Notes under the pieces: model-generated | What the model was told of the DNA's origin: nothing | The model's database searches: none | The model's input: the letters and a program-made list of their open reading frames with translations, nothing else | Program-made: the position numbers and the translations under genes | Assembly: GCA_001643675.2 (NCBI GenBank) | Contig: LSRY02000036.1 | Coordinates: 1 to 64,000 of the forward strand | Length of the DNA: 64,000 bases | Reading direction: 5' to 3' | Source: Monocercomonoides exilis PA203 | Taxonomy: Eukaryota > Protista > Preaxostyla | Shown: positions 52,869 through 64,000 of the stretch, piece by piece | Numbering within the stretch: the stretch's first letter is position 1 | Layout of the letters: each line of letters opens with the position of its first letter

Positions 52869-53516
52869 TTGATTTTTTCCGATTTTTATATAAAAATTAA
52901 AAGAGAACAGTATTTGAATGAAATGATCGAAATAATCCTGCATCATCAGGAGCATAGAAATCTGACTCGATTGGCATATCAATCTGCTTGGGAATTTTTG
53001 ATAGACAGATTGCACACTGACAAAAGCTTGGAAGAATTGATTGCAAATGAGCTTCTTTTTGCAAGAGAGGCAATTAAAGAATTTGAATATCTGTCAAAGT
53101 GTACCGACTGGAAGAGAGAGAATGAAGCGGAGAAAAATGGAAAAGATATAAGAGAACTTGTTTTATTAAACTGGATACAAACACTCTCTTCTTTCATTGG
53201 GAACTGTCTTTTGTGGAATGAAGAATGCGTTGAGCTTTTCAACAGCATTGTTCAGGTGCTTAGAGCATCAAAAGGGAATAATGGAGATATTTGCTGTATG
53301 TGTATTTATTCCTTGAGAAAAGCAGCAGAAAATAGAAGCGTGAACGTTGAAGGATTTCTAAAATGTGCAGCTGTTGATGCTGTTTTGGAGGGGATACAGC
53401 GGTCAACGTTGAATGATATGACAACATATGAAAGCTTGGGATTTATTACTGCAATTTCAAGGAAATTGAAAGAAGAGGAAGATGATGAAAAAAAGAAGCG
53501 AAAAGAAAAAAATTGA
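52869..53516 (+). pseudogene. Fragment of an alpha-helical (ARM-like) protein from a probably expanded family
   Basis: Protein-like helical ORF (YLNEMIEIILHHQEHRNLTRLAYQSAWEFL...AAVDAVLEGIQ); the upstream exons are decayed and the end is frameshifted. Confidence 0.5.
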
Positions 53517-56259
53517 AAAAGAAGGCATTTGAAAGGTAAGGGATAAAATTCAATAATTTTATTGCAAGCTTTCACAACACATTAACTTTAATTCCATGCA
53601 AATGTTGAAGAAATAAATTACGAGTGCTTTGAAGTATTATGTTAATGTGAGAAAAAATAAAAACGAATCAATTATTGCTATTCGAACATTTCAATACACT
53701 TTTTTCATATCATTTGATATTATCAAAAATGTGTTTCTTGAAAGACTTCTTTTCCTTTTTTTAAAAACAGTGAAATGATTGTTAAATAAAAGATAACTTT
53801 CATGTAATTTATCATAATAAAATCTTCCGAAAATGATTTATCTTTTTTGAAATTTTTCATTGAAAAACTTATATTAGATGAATTGCACAATTTTTGTGTA
53901 ATTGTGAAATTTTTAAAAAAATTTGAAATTCGTGTATGTTATTTTGATATAACACAATAATTTTGAATTTTTTTTTATTTCACAATTCATCTATTCAATT
54001 ATCAATTATCTTCTCAACTGCAAAAATGGTATCTTCTCTTTTCATAACATTTTCTGTTTTTTTATCGACAGAATTCAATTTTTCAATCAAAAGATTCAAT
54101 TTCAACTTTTTTCTCCAAAACAAAAAACAGAATAAAAGTTTGAAATTAAACTTGTTGATAAAGAGGAAAATGGAATTATTAAAACAACAAATGAAGGCGA
54201 AGAAAAAGAAAAAGTTTATATGTGTTTGATAAAAAAGAAACATAATAAACTATTTCTATCTCTTCAGAATTATAAAAACAAATTTATACAAAAAAAATTA
54301 TAAAAATAAATAAATAAATAAATAAATCGTTCACATTGTTGGAGATGATTTATATGACTCATTTGCTGAACCTGAACAACAGTCTGGGCTATGTAATGAA
54401 GAAGATACTCTTTCTCTTCTTTTTCCACTAGAAAAACGCGTTGAAAAAGTCTGGGAGGAAAAAAGAGGAGCTGTAAATGTTATCTTCTTTGTTGTCACAA
54501 AAGCTTTCTAAGTTTTGATAAAAAAAGAATACATTGAATATCCATCAGCATCCTCATACGTCTACAAATTTCCAATTTTATTTTCGTTCAGATCCCTTCC
54601 ATTCATCCACATCTTTTCCTTCTTCACCTTCTTCACCTTCATCCTCAGCTTTTAATGAATGCAATGTTGGGAGTTCACTTCAATATGAGCATTCGATCAT
54701 CAGTGCTTCTATTGAAATGAAACAAAATGATTTCAAAAAGCAACATCTTTCTTCAACTTCCTCTTCCCACTCCTCACTCTTTTTGGCAAAGATTCATTAT
54801 TTCGCTTTCTCTCTTTCATTCCCTCTTCTCCACACTCACACTTATCAGCTTTCAGAGTCGAATGGAAGGTGTCACATCAACTCCACCGATACCATCAGGC
54901 AGTTTCATCATCTTTGCAACACTGTCAGACGAATCCATCAGAGAGGCAGATGGTTGCAAAGCCGGTGGCGGAGTGTGTGGCAGATGAGGAGAGGAAGAGG
55001 AGAATGCAGAAGATGGAGAGGATGGAGAGGATGGAGAAGAGGGAGAAGACGAGGGGAAAAGGAGGGAAAGTGAAGTGTATGAAGAAGAGTACAAGATGAA
55101 TGAGAATGAAGAGGATGATGATAATGATAAAGAGAACTTCACGGCAAATGGCTTTAACACAATCGTCGGACCTCGGATAAATAAGATGGATTCTATGGTT
55201 GAAGTTTTGCTTTTGCTCTCTTTCAAATCGGATTTGGAAAGCAAAAAGTCGAACCCGTGGCTGAGGAGTGTATTCGGGGACTCAGACATAGCCTCCCTGC
55301 CGTAGGGCAGAGTGTGCGCTTCGATCGGCGTTGAATTGTCTTCGCACTCAACTGCTTCTTCTTGATCCTCTTTTCTTCTTCTTCTTCTTCTCCTCCTCCT
55401 CCTTCTTCTTCTTCTTCTTCTCTTTCATCTTTTTCTCCATCTTCCTCAAATTCCTCTTCCTCTTCCTCTTCCTCCTTTTTACCCTTCATCATTTTCTTCT
55501 TCTTCTTCTTCTTCCTCCAAACATCATCTTCTCCCTGTGTCTGTCACAGAAATTGCACATTTCCGTCCAAAAGAGCCGAATATGTTTCCCGAAGAAAACG
55601 ATTTGCTTGACTTGGTTATCGAAAAGAAGGAGGAAGCGAAGCTGAAAGAGAAGGAGAGAGAGAAGGAGAGAGAGAAGGAGAGAGAGAAGGAGAGAGAAAG
55701 AGGAGAAAGAGGAGAAAGAGGAGAAAGAAAAGAAGAAGAAGAGAAGAGAAAAGGAAATAAAAGTATTGAAATAAAATTTGCAGAAGAAGATTTGTGTGTG
55801 AATGTGGAAGAAAAGAAATATGATGAAGTGAAAGAGTAATTGAAGAGGGAGAAGGAGAAGATGATGAAAGTGATAGAGGAAGACAAAGAAATATTGATGA
55901 GAGGGGAGAAGGAGAAGAAGAAAGAGGAGAAGAGGAGGAGGAAGAAGGAGAAGGAAAAGAAGAAGAAATTGGGAAGAAGAAGAAGAAGAAAATGATGATG
56001 ATGACGACGATGACGATGAGTTTGCATGGGATTTGGAGAGGAGGAGAGAAAGAGCAACAAAAAGAAGAGCAAAATTCGAGACGGCTGTTTTTGACTATGC
56101 GAAAGAAGCTGGTTTGTCCAGCACAACATTCAAACCTTCTCCACTTGCTCCTGTTTTCTTCTCTTCTTCTTCTTCAGTTCATGTTTTTTCTTCTTCTTCT
56201 TCTAATTCAAATGCTTATTATTCTTATTCTTTTTAAAATACTTCTTCTTCTTTTCCTTC

Positions 56260-56380
56260 TTCTTCCTCTTCTTCTTCTTTTTTTTCTTTTTCTTCTTCTT
56301 CTTCTTCTTCTTCTTCTTCTTCTTCTTCTTCTTCTTCTTCTTCTTCTCCTCCTCCTCCTCCTTCTTCTTCTTCTTCATCA
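56260..56380. repeat. CTT trinucleotide tract
   Basis: Seen directly. Confidence 0.9.
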
Positions 56381-57362
56381 ACATCTTCCTCCTCCGCTCT
56401 CCCTTTCTCCACTCATAGCATCCTCCCTGCTTCCTTGTGTGTAGCGTCGCTTGTAAATAGCTTCTTGCACATGGAAGACGACCTGCTGCGAACGTTCTCA
56501 CAAAGAAGGAGCCTTTTGCAAAAAATTGTGCGGAGGTTTGTGGACAGTGCGAAGAAAGTGGTGGTGCAACCGATACAGAAGTCGATGACGGATCTCGTGA
56601 TCTAGTGGAAGGAGCAGCTGAGCAGGGCTATCAACCGGGTGCACGTTGTGGAGGAGGACAATGTCGAGATTGAGATGTTTGAGCAGTTGCGGCTGGTGAA
56701 AGTGCTGTGCAGAAAGCGTGTGAATTATCTTGCGCTGATGCTGTGCTCGATGGACTGAGTGGCGCAGTGGTTGTTTGCACTGCCGTCAGTTGGAGTCGGA
56801 GAGTTGAATGTGTTCATACGATCAAGGATGGGGTACCGGACGCTGGAGGTAGTGTGGCAGAGGAAATGTGTTTAACTGAGGCACTCTCTGGACGAGGTGG
56901 TGAAGGTGAGGAAGGAAGAAGAGGTGATGCGCAACATCACCCTGTTTTTAGATTGTGTATGCTGAACGAGGAGGCAAATACAGCATAGATGATAGCGGAT
57001 CAAGTGGAAAATGGAAGGCTAAACAGGAACACAATTTCTCCTTTTTCTTCTTTATTCTTCAATGCCAACATTTCCAATGACTGCTCAGTAAATGGATTCA
57101 ACGCATATACTTCAATAATCGTCGTCAGTGGAGGAAACTTCACAGCTTATGTGTCGGTGCCTCCTGTTTCAACGCTGTTTCTGCAGCTGTTCACAGCAAA
57201 GAGAGAGATTAAAGAGTTGCTGTTGATGTAATCGCTGATTATAATGATGCAGAGGGTGGAGATTTGGTGATAAAAATGGTGGCATTTTGTGAAGGTGCAC
57301 AAAACGATGTGAGATTTTGGAGAAAAAGTGAAAGAGAAAGAGTAATCGATTAATGACTGTTA

Positions 57363-59559
57363 CCATCGGTGCTTAACCCGCACCCTGGTGCCAAACCCGC
57401 ACCCAGCAAATTTCTTTATAATCGAAAAGTTAATTCTTTCTTTTCAAAGAAGTTCGTTGACGATGGAATTGCTTGAAACTTGTTTAAAAAAATATTATAT
57501 TTTATTTTTTTTAAAAAAAACTTTCAAAAAGATGAATTTTTTATTATTTTGCTCCTAAAAGAGCATTATCGATTTTTACTGAAAAAGAACAAAAGAAGAG
57601 TTAAAAAAATATGTGCATGCTTGTTTGTTAATGTGTTTTCAAATATCTTTATAAGTATTTTTGATTTGATAAATTCTGCAATAAATATCACATTTTCTTT
57701 GTTAGATCGTGCCCATTAATATGTGAAAAACAAATAGAAAGTTCTGCAGCTTCATCGAAAGGGGTTTGTTGAAGTTATTTCTTATGCTTTTTAATCAAAA
57801 ATCGCTCTTCTTATTAATGAACATTGAAAATGTCATAATTTTATTGTTTATAATTGAGATGATTATGATTATGTTATACACGTTTTATCTAGTATAAAAT
57901 GGAAAAATTCACAGTGGTAGTTGTTCTTTGTGGTTAAAACATGTGTTTTCATGGTTATATGTTATTTATTTTATATTTTATTTTATATTATATGTTTCTT
58001 TTGTATCACATTTGAAAATGAAATATTTTGCTGATGTGTTTACAGTTTGCTGTTAACAGCATTTTAATCTTAATAACATCTTAACTATTGATCATTGATA
58101 ATAATAATGGAGCAAATATTCGCATATTGATATAGAAAACCATGGTTTTTTATACATAAAGAAACCAATTTTTTTCTTTCTTGATGTTTCTGTGTTATTG
58201 CCTAAGCTTGTTAATGATTAAAAAGTTGTGGTTTTCTTGATTATTTGCATTATCATCAACAGTTTTTGTTCTTTTTTTGCACATTATGCTTGAATTTTTA
58301 AACACTTTTCAATTTTGTTTTTGATTCAAATTTCACAATACCAACAAAAATTGAACTGTGATTGCTCTTTTGTAATAAAAATCTTTTAACATAAATATTG
58401 AGCCAAATATCAAATTGAATTAATCACGAAAAAATCTACAAAAAATATGAAAAAATAGAATTTTGATGTTGATAGTTTCAATTAAGCGTTTAATAGGATT
58501 TTGCAAATTTATTCAATATCAAAATATAATATTTCCGAGTGAGTTGTTCAAAAAAACTTATCGAATTATTTTTTGCTGTTTTAATGATGATGACAAATTT
58601 TTAATTCATTGAAAACACATCTATTTCAAGTTTGTATTTGAAAATATCCATAAAGTGTTATTTAAAAATAAAACATAATGCATAGTGCAACAATAAATGA
58701 ATAACAACCTTATTATTGTTAAGTACGAAAATAGTTTCTAACAACAGATTTATAGAAAAAAATTCAAATTAAAAAAAAGAATTATTCTCACTGAATTGAA
58801 TATATAGACATAAAAAAAACGATACTTGACAAATGTCAATTCAATTAATATTAATATGTTTGATGAGAATCAGTAAATAATAAATTCATAAATAAAAAAC
58901 GATCAATTTTTCTCGAGCAAAAAATTTTGAGAAAAAAAAAACAGATGAAAATAATCAATAAAATGTTGAAGAAATAATACATCTGTAACTAACTCAAAAA
59001 GGTATCAAAGCACAATTGAAACATTGAAACGAAATAATAACACATAATGAACAATTAATTAAATTCAATATAGACAAGCAAAACAATAATATTTACAATG
59101 TTCATTAATAAGAAGAGCGATTTTTGATTAAAAAGCATAAGAAATAACTTCAACAAACCCCTTTCGATGAAGCTGCAGAACTTTCTATTTGTTTTTCACA
59201 TATTAATGGGCACGATCTAACAAAGAAAATGTGATATTTATTGCAGAATTTATCAAATCAAAAATACTTATAAAGATATTTGAAAACACATTAACAAACA
59301 AGCATGCACATATTTTTTTAACTCTTCTTTTGTTCTTTTTCAGTAAAAATCGATAATGCTCTTTTAGGAGCAAAATAATAAAAAATTCATCTTTTTGAAA
59401 GTTTTTTTTAAAAAAAATAAAATATAATATTTTTTTAAACAAGTTTCAAGCAATTCCATCGTCAACGAACTTCTTTGAAAAGAAAGAATTAACTTTTCGA
59501 TTATAAAGAAATTTGCTGGGTGCGGGTTTGGCACCAGGGTGCGGGTTAAGCACCGATGG
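57363..59559. mobile_element. Non-autonomous TIR element (2197 bp, 464-bp TIRs, TA target-site duplication), Tc1/mariner-pogo-type ends
   Basis: TA|CCATCGGTGCTTAACCCGCACCC...GGGTGCGGGTTAAGCACCGATGG|TA. TIRs at 57363-57826 and 59096-59559, with an AT-rich non-coding core. Confidence 0.9.
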
Positions 59560-60147
59560 TATTGTTATCATTTTAATTAATTTTTTATTTTTCAATTATT
59601 TTTATTTTCAAAGTTATTATTCTCATTTTATCTGCTTTTTCATCATCTTCTTCTTCTTCAACTTCTCCTTCATTTTCATTTTTATCTATTTCTTTTTTTT
59701 CATGTTTCTCCTCTTGGAGCAACGGTTCAAACACTGTCCGTTCATTAATCCAGAAGTTTCTATTATTTCAGAAAAAAAAATTTTTTTGATTTTTCATGGG
59801 TAACATGTTTACCTCAAACGTTTCCACATTTTTTGGGCTGTTAAAAGTGCATGTTTTCCATTGAAGATAAATGACCGGTCTTCTTGATCAAATAGTTATT
59901 ATTGACTGAAAAACACTAAAATTTCATGATTTGAACAAGAAAATACTTATAAATATAATTGTCATAATCAGTCTTTTTCAAAAAGGAAGCACTTGTTCAC
60001 ATGAAAATAACAAGCTATTTCTTTCCTGGAGTCTGCATTGTCTATTTCCTTCAAGCTCATTTCAATGAACATTTTATTTCAAATTCCATCTGAAAAAAAA
60101 GTTGTTCTTTTTATGTTAGCAATGCGATCTGGAAAATCTTTCAGGTT

Positions 60148-61161
60148 TTATTTGAAGCGTTTTCCTGTCGACGTGAGTGATGTCTGAGAAGTGCTTGTCC
60201 ATCTGAGCAGTCGAATGTGACTCTTCACCGTCTGTGTTATCTTTCGTGCGCCGCACCTGCTTGATGGAGACGCGGGTGGGTAGCAGGGTGAGGAAGGAGT
60301 GAAAAGAGGGGGGTTAGAGAAGCAGTGCGGAAGTGCTTGATGCTCGTTGGATGAGAACGCAGCAAAGGTAAATGAATTGTGGTTTTCTTGATGTGTTTCT
60401 GGACGAGAAATGATGTTTTGTGCTTTTTCTATTGTTTCATTGCATTTGGACAGCAAATAGCTTTGTTTGCCTTGTGATATTGCTTCAGAAGAAGAGTTGT
60501 GGGGTTCTTTTGTTGTTTTGTGTTCTCTTTTCACTTCATCAATATTCGCTTCATTCTGCTTCAGAATGTCCCTTCTGGTCAGCCCAAACAGCGACAGTAG
60601 CCCATCCACATCGATCCACATGGCGCCTGTTGCCACAAAATAGAGCTTCCATTTCTCTTCCTCACTCAACATGTGCTCGCCAAGAAGGCACAGCATCGCT
60701 GAATAAGCTGCTGAATGAGCGCTGTCGGGAAGCTCTGACTGAGATGTGCTTGAAAATGTTTTGCTTTCATTCAATTCTGTTGATGCTTTTCTTTCGCTTA
60801 GATTAATTTTGGAGTTGCTTATCTCACTTTCTATCTCACTCAATTTCTTTCCCTTTCCTCTTTCTCCATTCTCTTCTTCAGCCTCAGCCTCAGCCTCAGC
60901 CTCCGTTTCCTCCCCTCCCGCTGTCTCCACCCTCCCCAAAAAGCACCCTTTGTCGTCCACTCCTCTCTCCATCACCTCAAAGTCCACCACTCTTCCTCCC
61001 TTCCGATGCCTCCCCAGCAGCGCCGAGTCGCACCACACTCCGATCCCATCCACATTCCACACAAACAGCGTCTTCACTCCTGGCTGCTCAGACAGAATGT
61101 GTGTGAGGGTGCCATTGGCGATGAGAGAGGGCAGCTCGTAGGCGTGTCCCAGGGGCTGCAT
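60148..61161 (-). pseudogene. UDP-sugar pyrophosphorylase (UDPGP-family nucleotidyltransferase)-like fragment, divergent or decayed
   Basis: QPLGH, TLFVWNVDGIG, DFEVMER and DKG motifs occur in the order expected for PxGHG / NVDN / KGG; the flanks are disrupted. Confidence 0.55.
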
Positions 61162-62133
61162 GCACTGGTCAGGGGTGTTGGAGCGGTAGTCAGCCCAAAG
61201 AAGGTTTGAAACAATTTAGTTGATCTATAAAATTAGATAACTCCAATAGGAAGAGGAAAAAGTTGACTGGGAGTTGAAGGAGGAAGAAGATGAAGATTAA
61301 GAAAATAATATGGATTTCGGTTCAGGCTCCTAATTGGAATTGCATTTTTGTCCTTGTTCAAATGCTTCGACCACGTTCTTTGCATTCATTTCCTTGTATC
61401 CAAAGTCTTCACATTGAATTTCTCTACCTAGTTCCCCACTTCTTTATCAATGGAGAATGTCAGTCAATTGCTAACAAGCAGCTTCAGAGAAATATCAAGC
61501 AGCTGAAAATTTGAAATAATAGCATTATTTTGATAAATAGGCAAAATATAGGCTATACTGATTTTATCAAGACAAATTTTCATTTATTTTGACCTTTCTT
61601 ACAGATCAACTTCAATCTGGAAGAGCAGAGCATCGATTCGCAAGTCGGATTTCTTTAAAAAGGTTGTGCTTTGTTCAGTCTGTGAAGAAGAAGAATTAAA
61701 AGAAGATTCAAATAATTTGAATGTGAAAATGAAAACATTTGAAGAATAATAGATATTTTCGTTCATGATTGGAACTTTGAATATCGTTTTTTAAGCAGAA
61801 GCCATAATGATAATATGTTAATAATTAGTTTGAGAGATTAACACGTATCAAAAAGCAAAATTCAAAACCGTTTTTATTGAAAAACAATTGAATTTGTTTT
61901 TCATAATTTATTATTTCATAATTGATTATTGAATACAACTGGAGTAAAATTGTTTCCCTTCATGCAAACGGAATGGATAGAATCATCCTTCTTTTGTTGA
62001 AACTCTCAATCAGCAAAGCAAATAAAAAAAATTGAAATACAAAATAATTAATTATCGAAAATTATGGAGTGTTTTGATCATCCGATTGAATGATCTTGAA
62101 AATTGCGAGTAGAAATAGAATTAATTTTGAAAC

Positions 62134-64000
62134 ATGGAGCAAAAAAAATTTTCTCATTTGTCAAATTCTCGGAAGAGTGAAAAGTGCACAGAAGCATGGA
62201 ACTTTCTTGTCACCAAATCCGGACACGACGAAGCAACAATGATCAAACATATATTTTTACACACAAACAAGGGGAAAGAATTGTTTTCAGATATCCAAAG
62301 CATATTCAATGGTTTGTATCAAGTCAGTTTTCATGAATTTAATATTTGCAATTTTGAAACAATATTTTTTGAGAAAAAAGCAGGTTCGTCCTATTGCGAA
62401 TGGCATCAGCTTACAATTCAGAGCAAAATAAACACGCGAAAGTTTCATTGCTAAAGTGTGTGTGCAACGAATTCAGTTTAAGGCAGCTTCATGATTGTGG
62501 CTTCCAGTGTTCGCAAGGAAACTGCAATCATGCCAAAAAGAACAGTTCACCCACTAATTTTGACTTTGAATTCACCAATAAGCCTCCTGTTCCACCTTCG
62601 AAAAGAAGTTTGTTCATTTTTATTTTTTTTGTTTTTTGTTTTCTATGAAATTTATTTTTGATTGTATTATCGAGAACTTATCAAAGATGATTATTACATA
62701 TTCAATAATTTTCTTGCGGAAAATTCAACAGAATCAAGCAAGGAATCTCGTCTTTTATTGACAAACAAAAAACGTATTTTCTATTATCTTATCAATATAA
62801 ACTTTGTTGAATATCCTTTATTCGTGTTTATCTTTTTGGGTGTTATTTTGAACAATTATTTTCTATTTAAAAAATACTTTTTTCTATGATGATGATTTCA
62901 CTATTATTAATTGTGACAGCCAAATGGAAGAGGACGTTGATCCTTTGAAAAATTACTTTACAGAAGAAGATGATTCGAGTATTTTTATATCAGATATGGA
63001 TACAATTGATGAATCTGAACATGGCGCTATGGATATTTTCGAAAATGAAAGAAACATTTCAGATTCAATTTGTGAATTCCAGGATTCAAATATCCAACAA
63101 TCATTCCTCGAACAATGCAGCGATCCAAATATTGATGACTGGTTTGATATGGGAGAAGTTGAACTGAATGATTTTTCAAGTTCAAAGATGGAAATCGATG
63201 ATGATATGGAGCAGTCAATTTCTGAAGATTTTCCAACAAATGTTCAAAAACAAACTAATATTCAATTTCACAAACCATCAGATAATCGGGTCACAAATTG
63301 CAACAGTTGTAATTCAGCACCTATTCAGTTTTCACCTCTTCAAAATTTCGGAAATACGTGTTATTTGGCTTCGTTAATTCAGATATTTCGAACAATAATA
63401 ATTCGAATGAGTAACAACAATGTGAGGAAAGGAAGGCTTTCTTCTTTTGACAAATATTTATGCGATTTGATAGTGCCTCAAACTTTAGGAACAGAAAAAA
63501 ACGGATCATTCAGAAATTCATCATGGACAAACATGTTCATAGACAAATGGGAGGGGAAACATCACCTTAAGAAAAGAAATCAACAGGAGTTCTACAATTC
63601 TTTTCTTAGTCTTTTCAGTGATATCTCATCTTGCATTCCAATCATATCTAACGAAATGATGACTTCTGTAAGCTTCCCGAGAAAATGCACGAATTGTGAT
63701 TGTGTATCAATTGGTGCAACTGAACAATCACCGATAATCAGACTTCAAGGAGATGATTTGATAACAGCATTCAATGAATCATATTCCTATTCAAATAAAA
63801 ATATAAACAATAAAAAAGCCTATTGTGAATGTTGTTGTAATGTCACACGTCAATTATCCGTTTTGAACATATCAAAATTTCCGAATTTTCTATCAATTTC
63901 TCTCGAGAAAACAAAAGCCAAACATGCCATAACGCAAAATGTTTATGAAACAATTTCTTTTTCAACAAAAAATGGAGTTTGGAATGTTAGTGAAACGCCA
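62134..64000 (+). CDS. Copy C of the transposon gene family: spliced N-terminal domain, acidic linker and USP domain; truncated by the window end
   Basis: Phase-1 introns at 62312-62373 and 62608-62674 are at positions equivalent to those in copies A and B. The frame from 62924 stays open to 64000 and contains PLQNFGNTCYLASLIQI, NQQEFYNSF, CTNC, CECC and FPNFLSISL. The join between 62773 and 62924 is unresolved. Confidence 0.78.

Noticed and set aside
54534-57231. Poly-K/E/F/L/S ORFs, including similar ones at 23332-23599 and 40613-40921
   Set aside because: They are translations of GAA/CTT microsatellites in alternative frames.
57480-59442. Two identical 79-aa ORFs as a duplicated gene
   Set aside because: They are mirror images inside the TIRs of the non-autonomous element and have AT-biased, non-protein-like composition.

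Overview
This is AT-rich eukaryotic DNA with spliceosomal-type introns, GAA/CTT microsatellites and many decayed genes. The gene families look like those of an oxymonad such as Monocercomonoides, which is an inference. Bases 1-13687 are a nearly homogeneous 60-bp tandem array, followed directly by a ubiquitin-specific protease (USP/peptidase C19)-like ORF. The main story is one family of intron-containing DNA transposon genes with a Sola-like DDD transposase. Copy A (21563-27703) has 507-bp TIRs with nested palindromes, a transposase fused to a USP domain, and a candidate ~138-nt structured RNA just after its stop codon. Copy B (33760-48693) has 89-bp TIRs flanked by ATAT, a USP-less transposase with an intact DDD triad, and ~12 kb of decayed host-gene sequence between the TIRs. 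Copy C (62134 to window end) has the same exon structure and an open USP frame that the ORF track omits. The USP next to the array may be a fourth, related copy. The window also holds a TA-flanked 2.2-kb non-autonomous element, a 122-bp hairpin, and pseudogenised beta-helix, ARM-like, nucleotidyltransferase-like and possibly tyrosine-recombinase fragments. All calls come from reading motifs by eye; no searches were run.
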